Translations under genes and position numbers: made by a program
Shown here: piece after piece, positions 36,543 through 47,167 of the stretch
Numbering within the stretch: the first letter of the stretch is position 1
Layout of the letters: the number at the start of each line of letters is the position of its first letter
The notes under the pieces: generated by a model
Told to the model about the DNA's origin: nothing
Databases searched by the model: none
Seen by the model: the letters and a program-made list of their open reading frames with translations, nothing else
Assembly (NCBI GenBank): GCA_016342345.1
Contig: JAEINO010000013.1
Location: 4,592-68,591, forward strand
Reading direction: 5' to 3'
Length of the DNA stretch: 64,000 nt
From: Pseudodesulfovibrio sp.
Lineage (GTDB): Bacteria; Desulfobacterota; Desulfovibrionia; Desulfovibrionales; Desulfovibrionaceae

Positions 36543-37406
36543 CTATTTCCAGGCCGAGGCATGTTCGGCAACAAAGGAGGCAAAAGTGCGGGCTGGTTTT
36601 CCTGTCAGATGCTCCACGGCCTTGGTCACGTTGCCAATCATGCCGAGCTTGACGACTCGCGTCAGGCTGACGGCCATGTCAATATTCCATTGGGGCACAC
36701 TCATGTCCCCGAGGGATCGGATATACTCGTCCTCGGAAGAAGGAGCGTATTTGATCTTGCATCCGCAGACGTCGGAGATTTGCGTGGACACATCGGACAG
36801 GCTCAGTCCTTCCGGGCCGGTCAGGGCGTAGTAGCTATTCTCGAATCCCTCGCTGTCCAGAAGCAGTCGTGCTGCACAATCCGCGATGTCGCGAACGTCA
36901 ATGTAGCTGACCTTGGCGTTTTCTTCAGGCAGGGCAATGGTGCCGCTTTTGATCATGTCCATGTAATAGCCTGAGAAATTCTGCATGAACGTGTTGGGAC
37001 GAAGAACGGTGAAGGGAATTTTGGAATCTTCGATGAACTGGTCCACCATGCCGTGTTCGCGTCCCAGTCGCCAGTGAGCATCGGAGGATGCTGCATAGCC
37101 GGAAGATCGCACAATGTATTCGATTCCTGCTTCCTTGGCTGCCTTAACAGCCAGGTGTCCATATCGGGTCATTTTTTCCTGAAGGGGGATGACCAGAAAC
37201 ATGCGGTCGCAGCCTTTCATGGCGCGGACCATGCTGTCTGAATCCTGGAATTCAAAGGGGCGGGCATCCACACCAAGGGATTTCATGGTCTTGATTTTGT
37301 CTGGGTCATGCACTCCTGCAACAACGTCTGCACCAGCTGTGTCCAGTGCCGTCAGGAGTGACGTGCCTATATTGCCGGCAGCGCCGGCGATGAAAATCTT
37401 GCTCAT
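36543..37406 (-). CDS. NmrA-like/SDR NAD(P)-binding oxidoreductase
   Basis: GAAGNIG, LRPNTFMQN, IDVRDIA, GPEGLS; ATG 37406 with GGAG RBS. Confidence 0.88.
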   Translation of the reverse strand: MSKIFIAGAAGNIGTSLLTALDTAGADVVAGVHDPDKIKTMKSLGVDARPFEFQDSDSMVRAMKGCDRMFLVIPLQEKMTRYGHLAVKAAKEAGIEYIVRSSGYAASSDAHWRLGREHGMVDQFIEDSKIPFTVLRPNTFMQNFSGYYMDMIKSGTIALPEENAKVSYIDVRDIADCAARLLLDSEGFENSYYALTGPEGLSLSDVSTQISDVCGCKIKYAPSSEDEYIRSLGDMSVPQWNIDMAVSLTRVVKLGMIGNVTKAVEHLTGKPARTFASFVAEHASAWK

Positions 37407-37637
37407 TGTATGTTCTCCAAAGGTCAAACCCGCCTGGGGCGGGAGGTAATGAACCACATATCGGACGGACTCGGGCAGGATACACCAAAGATTTTGAAAA
37501 ATCCAAAAAAAGACGAGTGGATTTCTTGACTGATGGGTTCAGGGCTGCATGAAATTTGGGAGAGAGCTTTTTCTGGCAACGTATTTATCGTGATATGGAC
37601 CAAAATGATGGGACGCAGGGTGCTGGCAAAATCAAGA

Positions 37638-37671
37638 AGGGACGGACATCCCTTTTGGAATGTCCGTCCCT
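37638..37671. terminator. Terminator hairpin downstream of chemoreceptor
   Basis: AGGGACGGACAT ... ATGTCCGTCCCT 12-bp stem. Confidence 0.7.
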
Positions 37672-37695
37672 GTTTTGTTATGGGAATCGAGTTTA

Positions 37696-39750
37696 TTAGA
37701 AGCGTTCAAAGTCGGATTCGTCGGTCATGTCCAGGGCAACACCTGCGCCTGTTGCGGGCTTGCGCTGAATCGGGGGCTTCGGAGAGTTCAGAGCCTTTGG
37801 TTTTCTTTTTGGCGAGACAACCGTTTGCCGGAAACCTCCGTCGTTCCCCAGATTGAAGAAGGAAACGGTTTCCTGAAGTTGCGCGGCCTGGCTCGATAAT
37901 TGTTCGGAAGTGGAGGACATTTCTTCGGATGCCGATGCGTTTTGCTGCACGACACTGTCAAGCTGCTGGATTGCAGTGTTGATTTGCGAAGCTCCTGCAT
38001 TCTGTTCGTTGCTGGCTGTCGTGATTTCTTCAACCAGTTCGGCTGTGTGTTGAATATCCGGTACCAACTTGCTCAGCAATTCACCGGCACGGTCAGCCAC
38101 TTCCACGCTGCCGCCTGCCAGTTGACTGATTTCGCCAGCCGCGACACCAGAGCGTTCGGCGAGTTTGCGAACTTCTGCCGCGACAACGGCAAAACCTTTA
38201 CCGTGCTCCCCGGCTCGTGCTGCTTCGATGGCAGCGTTCAGAGCAAGGAGGTTGGTTTGCCTCGCTATTTCTTCAATGATGCTGATCTTGTCGGCGATTT
38301 CGCGCATGGCCGTGACAGCCTCGGACACTGCGGTTCCGCTTTCTTCAGCCTGTCCTGCGGCACTGCTTGCAAGTTTCTGTGTCTGGGCCGCGTTTTCGGC
38401 GTTCTGGCTGATGTTCGAGGCCATTTCTTCCATGCTGGATGAGACCTCTTCAATGGAGGCTGCCTGTTCCGTGGCACCCTGGGAGAGTGTCATGGATGTG
38501 GAGGAGAGTTCTCCCGCGCCAGCCGCAACACTGTCGGTCACGGATCTCACTTCGCCCATGATCTGGCGCAGCTTGATGCCCATTTCCGCAAGGGTTGATG
38601 CCATGATGCCGACTTCGTCTTTCTGGTCGATATCAAGCTCTGCCACCAGATTTCCCGAGGCAATTTCCTGTGCAAAAGCCACACTCTTGATCAATGGACG
38701 AGTGATGCTTTTTGCGATGAAGAATACCACGGCCGTAATCAGGAGAAGGGCCACGATGGTGAGGATGACGCTCAAGTAGAGAAATGCATTGGCGTCTTCG
38801 TATATCCGGGCCTTGGGAATGGCGATGCCGATGGTCCAGGGAGTGTCGGTTCCGCGAATGAGAATGGGCTGAAAGAGGAAAAAGTACTCTTCTCCGTTAA
38901 GAGGGGAGACGATGAAACTTTCGAATGTTTTTCCTTCTTCAATTGCAGAAAGGATAGGCGTTTTCATGTTCGCCGGAAAAGCTTCGGATATGTTTTTGCT
39001 GACCATGTTCTTGTCAGGATGGGCTACGCAATAGCCCTTGTTGGAAGCAATGAATGCGTATCCTGTATCCATGGGCTTGATGCTGCTGACCATTTTCTGG
39101 AAGGTCGAGAGCGTGAAGTCTATGCCTACAATACCTATGAATTTGCCTTCATCCTTGATCGGGACACTGATGGTTGCCATGGTTAGTTTGGCCACATCTG
39201 TATAATAGGGTTCCGTCAGGTTCGGAGCATCCTTGTCGCGCGGTCCCTTGTACCAGGCTCGGGTGTTTGGATAGTCGTACGAAGTGAGGTTTTCGACTTT
39301 CAGGGTGCCATCCGCACGCCACCAGTAATTTCCATATGCTCCACCCATATCTTTCCACATGGGATCACCTGTGGCGTGAAATTCGGCGTCTTTGCCGTCC
39401 AGGGCGTTTGGCTCGAAACAGGATTGGATGCCGTAAAAAGCCGTGTCCGACAAGGTTACTTTTTTCTGGATTTCATCGATGATGGAGCGGTCAATGATAT
39501 CCCTGTTCTTGACCATGCCTTCGTAAACTGCAGCTGTGGCCAAGCTGGCATCGAGTGCCTTTTCTACGTCGTTCTTGACCTGATTGCCGTAACGATTTGC
39601 CATTTCTTCAGCAAGGTTCTCAGCCGAGGTGACTGAAATCGTCTGTGTTTTCGAGACGACAATGACTGTATAGATGGTCAGTACGAGTGCGACTGCCAGG
39701 CAGATGCTCCCGCCAATTTTGATTTGCAGTGAAAGGTCTTTGAAAGACAT
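37696..39750 (-). CDS. Methyl-accepting chemotaxis protein (dCache)
   Basis: TM-Cache-TM-HAMP, [31 protein letters not shown]-terminal DFERF pentapeptide. Confidence 0.95.
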   Translation of the reverse strand: MSFKDLSLQIKIGGSICLAVALVLTIYTVIVVSKTQTISVTSAENLAEEMANRYGNQVKNDVEKALDASLATAAVYEGMVKNRDIIDRSIIDEIQKKVTLSDTAFYGIQSCFEPNALDGKDAEFHATGDPMWKDMGGAYGNYWWRADGTLKVENLTSYDYPNTRAWYKGPRDKDAPNLTEPYYTDVAKLTMATISVPIKDEGKFIGIVGIDFTLSTFQKMVSSIKPMDTGYAFIASNKGYCVAHPDKNMVSKNISEAFPANMKTPILSAIEEGKTFESFIVSPLNGEEYFFLFQPILIRGTDTPWTIGIAIPKARIYEDANAFLYLSVILTIVALLLITAVVFFIAKSITRPLIKSVAFAQEIASGNLVAELDIDQKDEVGIMASTLAEMGIKLRQIMGEVRSVTDSVAAGAGELSSTSMTLSQGATEQAASIEEVSSSMEEMASNISQNAENAAQTQKLASSAAGQAEESGTAVSEAVTAMREIADKISIIEEIARQTNLLALNAAIEAARAGEHGKGFAVVAAEVRKLAERSGVAAGEISQLAGGSVEVADRAGELLSKLVPDIQHTAELVEEITTASNEQNAGASQINTAIQQLDSVVQQNASASEEMSSTSEQLSSQAAQLQETVSFFNLGNDGGFRQTVVSPKRKPKALNSPKPPIQRKPATGAGVALDMTDESDFERF

Positions 39751-39841
39751 GTTTCCTCCCTGTGGTGACATGCTGTTTTAATCTGTCGTTATGATGTCAA
39801 TCAGGAATATTTATAGCCATTATAAAAACGATATATTTCAT

Positions 39842-39871
39842 AAAAAAAGGACTCCCCGGCATGGGGAGCCC
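39842..39871 (-). terminator. Terminator after folD
   Basis: A-tract then GGACTCCCC-GGCAT-GGGGAGCCC (T-tract on the minus strand). Confidence 0.65.
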
Positions 39872-39906
39872 GTTCATCTTTTCTTGGTGTACTTGTGGTG
39901 TGTTGG

Positions 39907-40764
39907 CTACGCGCCCACGTGCAGTTTGAACGCTTCAAGAGTATTGACCATCAATTGGGCGATGGTCATGGGGCCGACGCCACCCGGGACCGGGGTGATG
40001 GCATGGACCTTGTCCTTGAGTGCCTCGAAATCGCAATCGCCGGCCAACCCCTCGTCTGTCCGGTTGATGCCGACATCGACCACGACCGCGCCTTCCTTGA
40101 CCATGTCTGCGGTCACGAAATTGGGCACGCCGATGGCTGCGAACACGAAGTCCGCTTCAAGGCATTCGGCCTTCAGGTCGGCTGTGCGGGAATGACACAG
40201 GGTGACAGTGGCATTGGCGCAGGGGCCGGATTGCGAAAGCATCATGGCCAGTGGTTTGCCCACGATGTTGGAGCGTCCAATGACAACGGCTTTTTTGCAG
40301 GCCGGGTCCAGGTCATAGCGTTTCAAGAGATTGATGACGCCTGCCGGGGTACAGGGCTTGAAGCCGGGCAGCCCCAGGCTCATCTTGCCGACATTGACGG
40401 GATGAAAGCCGTCCACATCTTTTTCCGGGTCGATGAGATCAAGAATTTTTTGGCTGTCCAACCCTTTTGGCAGGGGGAGTTGTACCAGAATTCCGTCCAC
40501 GGTCACGTCTCGATTGAGTTTCTGGATCAATCCTTCCAGTTCAAGCTGGGTTGCGTTTTCGAGTCTGTGCGGGATGGACTTGATGTTGCAGTCCTCGCAT
40601 GCGCGTTCCTTGTTGCGAACATAGACCTGACTGGCTGGGTCTTCGCCCACCAGCACGACAGCCAGGCCGGGCTGTCGACCAAATTTTGCCTGAAGCGCGT
40701 CCACTTCCACTCTGATCTCGGCCCGAATGGTCTTGGCCGTTGCTTTGCCATCCAAAAGAATCAT
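39907..40764 (-). CDS. folD: Methylenetetrahydrofolate dehydrogenase/cyclohydrolase
   Basis: [46 protein letters not shown]. Confidence 0.96.
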   Translation of the reverse strand: MILLDGKATAKTIRAEIRVEVDALQAKFGRQPGLAVVLVGEDPASQVYVRNKERACEDCNIKSIPHRLENATQLELEGLIQKLNRDVTVDGILVQLPLPKGLDSQKILDLIDPEKDVDGFHPVNVGKMSLGLPGFKPCTPAGVINLLKRYDLDPACKKAVVIGRSNIVGKPLAMMLSQSGPCANATVTLCHSRTADLKAECLEADFVFAAIGVPNFVTADMVKEGAVVVDVGINRTDEGLAGDCDFEALKDKVHAITPVPGGVGPMTIAQLMVNTLEAFKLHVGA

Positions 40765-40781
40765 GGGAACCCCTTTTTTTT

Positions 40782-40851
40782 GCTTCCGGGGACCAGTGGG
40801 CAAACCTCTTGGAAAAGGTTTTCTCTCTGGACTCACCGTCCAAAATTTTTT
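40782..40851 (+). repeat. Family D REP-like hairpin, copy 2
   Basis: GCTTCCGGGGACCAG...CTCTCTGGAC...GTCCAAAATTTTT, immediately upstream of folD. Confidence 0.6.
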
Positions 40852-41005
40852 GTATAAAAAGCCGCAGGGAAAAGTGCGATATCGGAAAATGTGTATGCGG
40901 CGTTTTGAGTGCTTCCTAGATAAAAAGGATGCGAAATGCAAGAGGTGTCCCCTTGCATGAAAAAAACAATGAGGCCTGCCTGATGATAATCCGGCGGTCT
41001 CAACC

Positions 41006-41072
41006 CAAAAAGTTCTGGAAGGGCGGCCGGGGGGGTACCTCTTTCAAGAGGTTCCCCCCGGCCGCCGGAGGC
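41006..41072 (-). repeat. Family D REP-like hairpin, copy 3
   Basis: Minus strand GCCTCCGGCGGCCGGGGGGAACCTCT-TGAA-AGAGGTACCCCCCGGCCGCCCTTCCAGAACTTTTT, 3 bp after the eno stop. Confidence 0.6.
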
Positions 41073-41075
41073 TTC

Positions 41076-42362
41076 TTAGTCTTCGAAGAAACTGCCACCC
41101 AGGATCGGGCCGTAGTAGATGCCGTCATCGGCAAGATCTTCTTCGATGCGCAGGAGCTGGTTGTATTTTTCCAGACGATCGGAGCGGCACAGGGAGCCGG
41201 TCTTGATCTGACCTGCATTCACGGCCACGGCCAGGTCGGCGATGAAGTGGTCGCCTGTCTCGCCGGAGCGATGGGATATGACGTTGGTGTAGCTGGCGCA
41301 CTTGGCCAGTTCAATGGTGTCGAGAGTCTCGGACACGGTGCCGATCTGGTTGAGCTTGATCAGGATGGAGTTGCACACGCCCCTGTCAATGCCCTCGGCC
41401 AGGATGTCCGGGTTGGTGACGAACAGGTCATCGCCCACGAGCTGGATGCGTTCGCCCATTTTGTCGGTCTGGAGCGCAAAGCCGTCCCAATCCGTCTCGG
41501 CCAGTCCATCTTCGATGGAAATGAGCGGGAACTGGTTTGTCAGGTCGTCGTAGAAATCGACGAGTTCTGCAGAGGACAGTATCTTGTTCTCTCCGGCCAG
41601 GACGTATTTGCCGTCCTTGTAGAATTCGCTGGCTGCTGCATCGATGGCGAAGGCGATTTCCTTGCCTGGCTCGTATCCGGCAGCTTCGACAGCACGGGTG
41701 ATGTACTGGAATGCCTCGGCATGGGATTTCAGGTTCGGGGCGAATCCACCCTCGTCGCCAACACTGGTGACGTGGCCGTCCTTGGCAAGAATGGCCTTAA
41801 GGTGGTGGAATGTTTCCGCACCCATGCGCAGGGCTTCGGCAAAGGTTTCCGCGCCCAGAGGCATGATCATGAATTCCTGAATGTCCAGATTGTTGGGTGC
41901 GTGCTCTCCACCGTTGATGATGTTCATGAGCGGGACGGGCAGGAGTTTGCCGTTGGTGCCGCCAAGATACTGGTACAGGGGCAGGCCCAGAAAACGGGCT
42001 GCTGCACGGGTGGCTGCCATGGACACGCCGAGCAGGGCATTTGCGCCCAGGCGATCCTTGTTCTCGGTGCCGTCCAGATCGATGAGCGCGTTGTCCAGAG
42101 AGACCTGACGCAGGCAGTCCATGCCGATGATGGCCCCGGCGATTTCGCCGCGCACGTTTTCAACGGCGGTCATGACGCCTTTTCCGCCATACCGTTCCTC
42201 TTTGTCGCGCAACTCAAGGGCTTCGCGGGAACCGGTGGATGCGCCGGACGGAACGGCTGCCCGGCCAAGGATGCCGGATTCAAGAATGACTTCGACCTCA
42301 ATAGTGGGATTGCCGCGAGAATCAAGGATTTCGCGTGCCCAAACGCCGGAAATAGTGCTCAT
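41076..42362 (-). CDS. eno: Enolase
   Basis: [36 protein letters not shown]. Confidence 0.98.
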   Translation of the reverse strand: MSTISGVWAREILDSRGNPTIEVEVILESGILGRAAVPSGASTGSREALELRDKEERYGGKGVMTAVENVRGEIAGAIIGMDCLRQVSLDNALIDLDGTENKDRLGANALLGVSMAATRAAARFLGLPLYQYLGGTNGKLLPVPLMNIINGGEHAPNNLDIQEFMIMPLGAETFAEALRMGAETFHHLKAILAKDGHVTSVGDEGGFAPNLKSHAEAFQYITRAVEAAGYEPGKEIAFAIDAAASEFYKDGKYVLAGENKILSSAELVDFYDDLTNQFPLISIEDGLAETDWDGFALQTDKMGERIQLVGDDLFVTNPDILAEGIDRGVCNSILIKLNQIGTVSETLDTIELAKCASYTNVISHRSGETGDHFIADLAVAVNAGQIKTGSLCRSDRLEKYNQLLRIEEDLADDGIYYGPILGGSFFED

Positions 42363-42507
42363 GATCGACTCCTTCTATGATTGATGAAAACTCGTGTTCG
42401 CATAAGATTCACGGATTCTAAACGAATTTCTCAGGATTCTCAATTCTATATATGGTGTGTCGGGGGTTGGCAGTTATTATCTGGTCAGGCCGGGACACAG
42501 AAAATTG

Positions 42508-42667
42508 CTAGGGAAGTACTGATTAATTCAATCTTCAGGAAGTGCTGTAGAATTGTTCGCTGGCAAGGCGCGCAAAAAAGTCAAGACTGACGCGTGCTTC
42601 CTGCACGCTAGGGTTTGATTTTTTTACAGCAACGAAGCCAGCGGACAATTATGCAGTGCTTCCCTAG
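42508..42667. mobile_element. MITE family A, copy 3 (CTAG overlaps the coaX stop)
   Basis: CTAG-GGAAGTACTGATTAATT ... AATTATGCAGTGCTTCC-CTAG. Confidence 0.85.
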
Positions 42668-43434
42668 CTGTTGTAATACGCCATCCACAGCCCTTCCATG
42701 ACCAGATCGGGCCTGAGTTCGTCGATGGAGTCGCCTACTTGGGCGATGGTCCGGGCCAGACCGCCGGTAGCGACCACAAAAGGGTTGTCCATCTGGGCGG
42801 AGAGTTTGTTAACAAGGCCGTCAATCATGGACGCAAAGCCGAAGACAAGACCTTGATTGAGGCACTCTTCAGTGGTTTTACCCCAGGAGAGGGTCTTGTT
42901 TGCAAGCGTAAGATCGACTTTGGGGAGTTTTGCCGTGCCAGCCGACAGGGCGGCTGTCGAGGAGAGTACGCCCGGGCAGATCAACCCCCCCTTGAAGGCG
43001 TTGCCCATGAGGCAGGCCAGGGTGGTGGCTGTCCCGAAGTCGATGACGATGATGTTTTCCGCGTCATAGGTCAGTCGGGCGGACAGGCAGCCCACAAGGA
43101 TGTCCATGCCCACCTGTTCGGGGCGGGCATATTCGTTGTCCAGGTCGATTTTCAGATCGCGGCCCGCAAAGATTGCCTCGCATCCCAGAAAACGCCGGGT
43201 CATTCGCGTGATGAGTGGATCAAGAGGCGGTACCACCGATGAGATGACACATGCTTCTATATCGCTTGGGTCAACGCCTTCTCGGTTGAGGATGGCCTCG
43301 ATCTTGAGGCCCCAGTCGTCAGCCGTATTGGCTGGACGGGTCGGTAGCGTATAACTTTCACCCAACCCCTCGTCATCAGCCAGACCGATTTTTGTGTTGG
43401 TGTTTCCTGCGTCAAACAGCAGAATCTTGCCCAT
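42664..43434 (-). CDS. coaX: Type III pantothenate kinase
   Basis: DAGNTN, VSSVVP, GMD, IDFGTATT, ATGG motifs. Confidence 0.93.
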   Translation of the reverse strand: MGKILLFDAGNTNTKIGLADDEGLGESYTLPTRPANTADDWGLKIEAILNREGVDPSDIEACVISSVVPPLDPLITRMTRRFLGCEAIFAGRDLKIDLDNEYARPEQVGMDILVGCLSARLTYDAENIIVIDFGTATTLACLMGNAFKGGLICPGVLSSTAALSAGTAKLPKVDLTLANKTLSWGKTTEECLNQGLVFGFASMIDGLVNKLSAQMDNPFVVATGGLARTIAQVGDSIDELRPDLVMEGLWMAYYNS

Positions 43435-43464
43435 GGTGTTCTCCTTGGCCGCACTTTGAGGCAG

Positions 43465-43625
43465 CTAGGGAAGCACTGCATAATTGCCCTCTGGCTTCGT
43501 TGCTGCAAAAAAAATCAAACCCTAGCGTGCAGGAAGCACGCGTCAGCCTTGATTTTTTTGCGTGCCTTGCCAGCGAACAATTCTACAGCACTTCCTGAAG
43601 ATTGAATTAATCAGCGTTTCCCTAG
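43465..43625. mobile_element. MITE family A, copy 4 (reverse orientation, upstream of coaX)
   Basis: CTAG-GGAAGCACTGCATAATT ... AATTAATCAGCGTTTCC-CTAG; reverse complement differs from copy 1 by about 3 substitutions plus homopolymer lengths. Confidence 0.85.
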
Positions 43626-43698
43626 GGTTTTTCTACCTTTTTTTGCGTAAATGGCAAGCTGTTGCGATTAGAATATTCAAGACATTTCTGCAAATGAA

Positions 43699-43733
43699 AA
43701 GGTCCGCGCTTCGTATGTCGGAGCGCGGACCTT
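43699..43733 (-). terminator. Terminator after chemoreceptor
   Basis: AAGGTCCGCGCT ... AGCGCGGACCTT stem. Confidence 0.7.
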
Positions 43734-43749
43734 GAGGGTCGGATCGTTT

Positions 43750-45906
43750 TTAGAATCGTTCGAATTCTTCGCTGTCGTCCTGCATATCCAGCGCAAGTCC
43801 CGCCGGTCTGGCCTTTGGAGCCGTTGCCGGCAGGGGCTTAGGAGCATGGGACTTCGCAACCCGTACCGTTGAGGTCTGGTTGTCCCGGGTGAGATGGAAG
43901 AATCCGATGGTTTCCTGCAACAGGGCTGCGTGACTTGCCAGTTCCTCGGAGGAAGCGGCCACGTGCTCGGCTTCGGCGGTGTTTTGCTGCACCACACTGT
44001 CAAGTTCCTGGATCGCGGTTTTGATCTGGTTGCTGCCAGTGTGTTGTTCCTGGCTGCCGGCTGCGATTTCCTGCACCAATTCTGCTGTTTTGGTAATGTC
44101 CGGGACCATCTTGTCGAGCAGTTTGCCAGCCTGTTCGGCAATGGCCACGCTGTGGCTGGAGAGCGTGCTGATTTCGGATGCTGCGACACCGCTCCGTTCG
44201 GCCAGCTTGCGTACTTCGGCGGCGACCACGGCAAATCCCTTGCCATGCTCGCCCGCTCGTGCCGCCTCGATGGCTGCGTTCAGGGCAAGCAGGTTGGTCT
44301 GGCGGGCTATTTCCTCAATGATGGCGATCTTGTCCGCGATCTGACGCATGGCTGAAACGGTTTTGGTCACGGAATCGCCGCCCTGCCCGGCATCTTCCGC
44401 TGCCTGGCGGGCGATGCTTTCAGTTTGCTGTGCATTTTCCATGTTCTGCTCGATGGTGGAGGTCATTTCTTCCATTGAGGAGGATACCTCTTCCACCGAA
44501 CTGGCCTGATTGGCCGCTCCATCGGACAGGGATTGTGATGTTCCGGCCAGTTCCGCGCTTCCCAAGGTCACGCTCTGGGATGCGTTTTGCACGTGAGAGA
44601 CGACCTCCCGCAATTTTGCGGTCATGGCGTTGAGTGCGGCACCCAGTTCTTCAAGTTCGTCGCGTGCGCCTTTTGTGTTCACCGGGAGTCGCTCAACATC
44701 GAGGTTGCCGTTGTTGATGCTGGACATGACGTCCACGGCCTTGCCGATGGATGAGCTCATGGTGCGGGCAAAATACAGTATGATGAGGATTGCCGCTACG
44801 AGCATGAGGAAACCTATGCCGACAGTCCAAGTTCTGGAACTGGCGAGAGCCGTGTCTGTGGCGCGTTTGCCTTCCATGAATTCATCCACGTACCCTGTGC
44901 CGAGAATGACCCAGTCCCATGGTTTGAAATAGACGGCTGTCAGGATGGTTTCCTTGGTCTTGCCGGTCCCGGGGACGGTCAGCGTAGCCGTGCTGGATAC
45001 GGGTTTGCCGTTTGCCTTTTTGGCGGACTGAATGATGTCCGTGTAGATTGCTGTTCCGCCCGCATCCTTGATACCGAGCATGTTGGAGCCTTCCACGCTG
45101 GCATTCTTGTGCATCTTGACCACTCCGCCCGCTTTGCCGGAACCTCCCAGAACGGACAGGGACCCTGTGGAACCGAGTACAACGGACTTGAATCCATCCC
45201 GCAATTGCTGCACTCCTTCCTGGAGGATGCCGACATACAGGCAGCCGAGCACCTTGCCGCTTGTATCTTTGATGGGGCGGTATTGGGTCAGATACCATGC
45301 GTTGACCACATATGCCGTGCCGCGGAAGGTTTCACCGGATTTTATGGTCTGGGCCACGACGCTGGAACTGGGGATGTATGTACCTACTGCCCGTTTGCCG
45401 TCTGTCTTGAGAATGTTGGTTGCCACTCGCAGCAGATCGCCCTGCTGGTTCATGGTCTGGAACACCGTGCAAGTCGTGCCGGCCAGCGACATGATGGTAT
45501 CCACCAGCGGAGTGGGCGAGTTCGGGTTGGCATTCTGGCCAAACCATTGGTCTCCCATCATCAACATGGGAAGCGCTGCCTCACTCCTGGTCTTTGAAAT
45601 CTGGTTTACCGCATCCCATTCCACGGTTTCGTCCCGGGTGGAAATGCCCCCGCCGCGTTCCACGATATCCAGTACGACCCGCATGTCGTTTTCAAGCTGT
45701 TTTGAGAGAGTGGCGTGTTGGGTTGCCAGCAGATTGTTGGCATCCATGACAGCCAGTTCCATTTCATGGCGGGCCTGTTTGTCAAAGTATTCAGTGAGTT
45801 TTTCGGCAACGATGGAACTTTGCCAGAAAAGTATGCCGAGAATGGCAGCCGTGGTCAGGCTGATCAGGCTGGCTCCCAGTATTGTCATTTTGGGTCCTAT
45901 CTTCAT
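43750..45906 (-). CDS. Methyl-accepting chemotaxis protein (Cache_3/Cache_2-type)
   Basis: [19 protein letters not shown]...[10 protein letters not shown] sensor, HAMP, MCP signalling domain, C-terminal EFERF. Confidence 0.95.
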   Translation of the reverse strand: MKIGPKMTILGASLISLTTAAILGILFWQSSIVAEKLTEYFDKQARHEMELAVMDANNLLATQHATLSKQLENDMRVVLDIVERGGGISTRDETVEWDAVNQISKTRSEAALPMLMMGDQWFGQNANPNSPTPLVDTIMSLAGTTCTVFQTMNQQGDLLRVATNILKTDGKRAVGTYIPSSSVVAQTIKSGETFRGTAYVVNAWYLTQYRPIKDTSGKVLGCLYVGILQEGVQQLRDGFKSVVLGSTGSLSVLGGSGKAGGVVKMHKNASVEGSNMLGIKDAGGTAIYTDIIQSAKKANGKPVSSTATLTVPGTGKTKETILTAVYFKPWDWVILGTGYVDEFMEGKRATDTALASSRTWTVGIGFLMLVAAILIILYFARTMSSSIGKAVDVMSSINNGNLDVERLPVNTKGARDELEELGAALNAMTAKLREVVSHVQNASQSVTLGSAELAGTSQSLSDGAANQASSVEEVSSSMEEMTSTIEQNMENAQQTESIARQAAEDAGQGGDSVTKTVSAMRQIADKIAIIEEIARQTNLLALNAAIEAARAGEHGKGFAVVAAEVRKLAERSGVAASEISTLSSHSVAIAEQAGKLLDKMVPDITKTAELVQEIAAGSQEQHTGSNQIKTAIQELDSVVQQNTAEAEHVAASSEELASHAALLQETIGFFHLTRDNQTSTVRVAKSHAPKPLPATAPKARPAGLALDMQDDSEEFERF

Positions 45907-46120
45907 TGATTCCCCTTTTCTTTGAGCAAATGCGGATAATGAGTTTTAAGAAGGTATCGTGCGTAAATTTTCAGCGTATCAAATATTCCTGTTTCGATAA
46001 TTTTGCAACATATAGTATTTTAAATTCATTTTAACACAGGGGGCAACTTTTCCCCCAACGGTTGCGCAGGGGGGTGAAGTTCACGTATAGGTGAATTCGA
46101 TAGTCCAAGGAGATACTGAA

Positions 46121-47164
46121 ATGAATCCCGCATCCCTCATTCCGTTGGCCGAACCCCTGCCCATCCACTGGGCGTGGTTCGATGTGCTGCTCATAGTCAC
46201 GTTCACGGCCCATGTCCTGTTTATGAATGCTTTGGTCGGATCGGCCATTATCGGCCTGTGGCGCGCCATGCGCGGAGATGGCTCAGTTGCTCACGATGTG
46301 GGCATGAAACTGCCTCCACTGCTTGCCCTGACCATCAACATGGGAGTGGCTCCGCTGCTCTTTCTTCAGGTCAATTACGGTCATTTCGATTATGTCAGTT
46401 CAGTGCTCATGGGCGGTTGGTGGCTGGCGGTTATCGCGGCCCTGATGTTTTCCTATTATGGATTCTATACGTATAAGTTCCGCTACGAATCCATGGGACA
46501 GACCAGTCGGAACGTTCTTTACGCGGCCTCTCTGGCTGGATTGCTTTATGTGGGCTTCATGTTTTCCAACAACATGACCCTCATGCTTCGTCCTGATGCC
46601 TGGACAGAATATTTTACCACAATAGGATCGTTTCTCAACACGAGTGATCGGGTTCTCTATCCTCGATTCCTGCATTTCATGGTCGGTGCGATTGCCATTG
46701 GCGGCCTGTTCATCTCCCTACTGGGTCAGTGGCGAAAGAACGATGAGTTCGTGGATGTGGGTATGGTCTGGTTTACCCGTGCCACCCTGATTAATGTGGG
46801 TGTGGGTTTCTGGTTTCTCATGGCCTTGCCCAGCGGTATGATCCTTAATTTTCTGGGGTCCAATCTTCCGGCTACCATGACCATCATTGCTTCGTTGGTT
46901 GCCGCCGGGATGTTGCTTTCAGCCGGTTTTCGCAAGCATCCGACCCAGGCCGTAACATGGGCCGTGTTGACCGTTTTCTTCATGACTTGTACCCGTCACT
47001 GGGTGCGGACCTTCTACCTTGATCCCTGGTTTCGGATCGAGACAACGCCGGTCACCAATCAGTATTCGTCCTTCTACCTGTTCCTGGGCTTTCTCGTCGT
47101 TGGCCTCGCGGGAATCGGCTACATGCTCAAACTTTATTTCAAGTCACGCGAAGGGAGGGCATAA
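46121..47164 (+). CDS. Polytopic membrane protein, CydA'-like partner subunit
   Basis: About 9 TM helices; TM1 His (TAHVLFMN), NMGVAPLLFLQV, RFLHFMVGA; directly upstream of the CydA-like cytochrome; GGAG RBS. Confidence 0.7.
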   Translation: MNPASLIPLAEPLPIHWAWFDVLLIVTFTAHVLFMNALVGSAIIGLWRAMRGDGSVAHDVGMKLPPLLALTINMGVAPLLFLQVNYGHFDYVSSVLMGGWWLAVIAALMFSYYGFYTYKFRYESMGQTSRNVLYAASLAGLLYVGFMFSNNMTLMLRPDAWTEYFTTIGSFLNTSDRVLYPRFLHFMVGAIAIGGLFISLLGQWRKNDEFVDVGMVWFTRATLINVGVGFWFLMALPSGMILNFLGSNLPATMTIIASLVAAGMLLSAGFRKHPTQAVTWAVLTVFFMTCTRHWVRTFYLDPWFRIETTPVTNQYSSFYLFLGFLVVGLAGIGYMLKLYFKSREGRA

Positions 47165-47167
47165 TCA

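Noticed and set aside
40765-40941. ZTP or THF riboswitch upstream of folD, and the 344-aa extended folD ORF
   Set aside because: No consensus elements match. The hairpin there is a family D repeat, and FolD homology begins at ATG 40764.
40929-42380. 483-aa plus-strand ORF
   Set aside because: Antisense shadow of eno.
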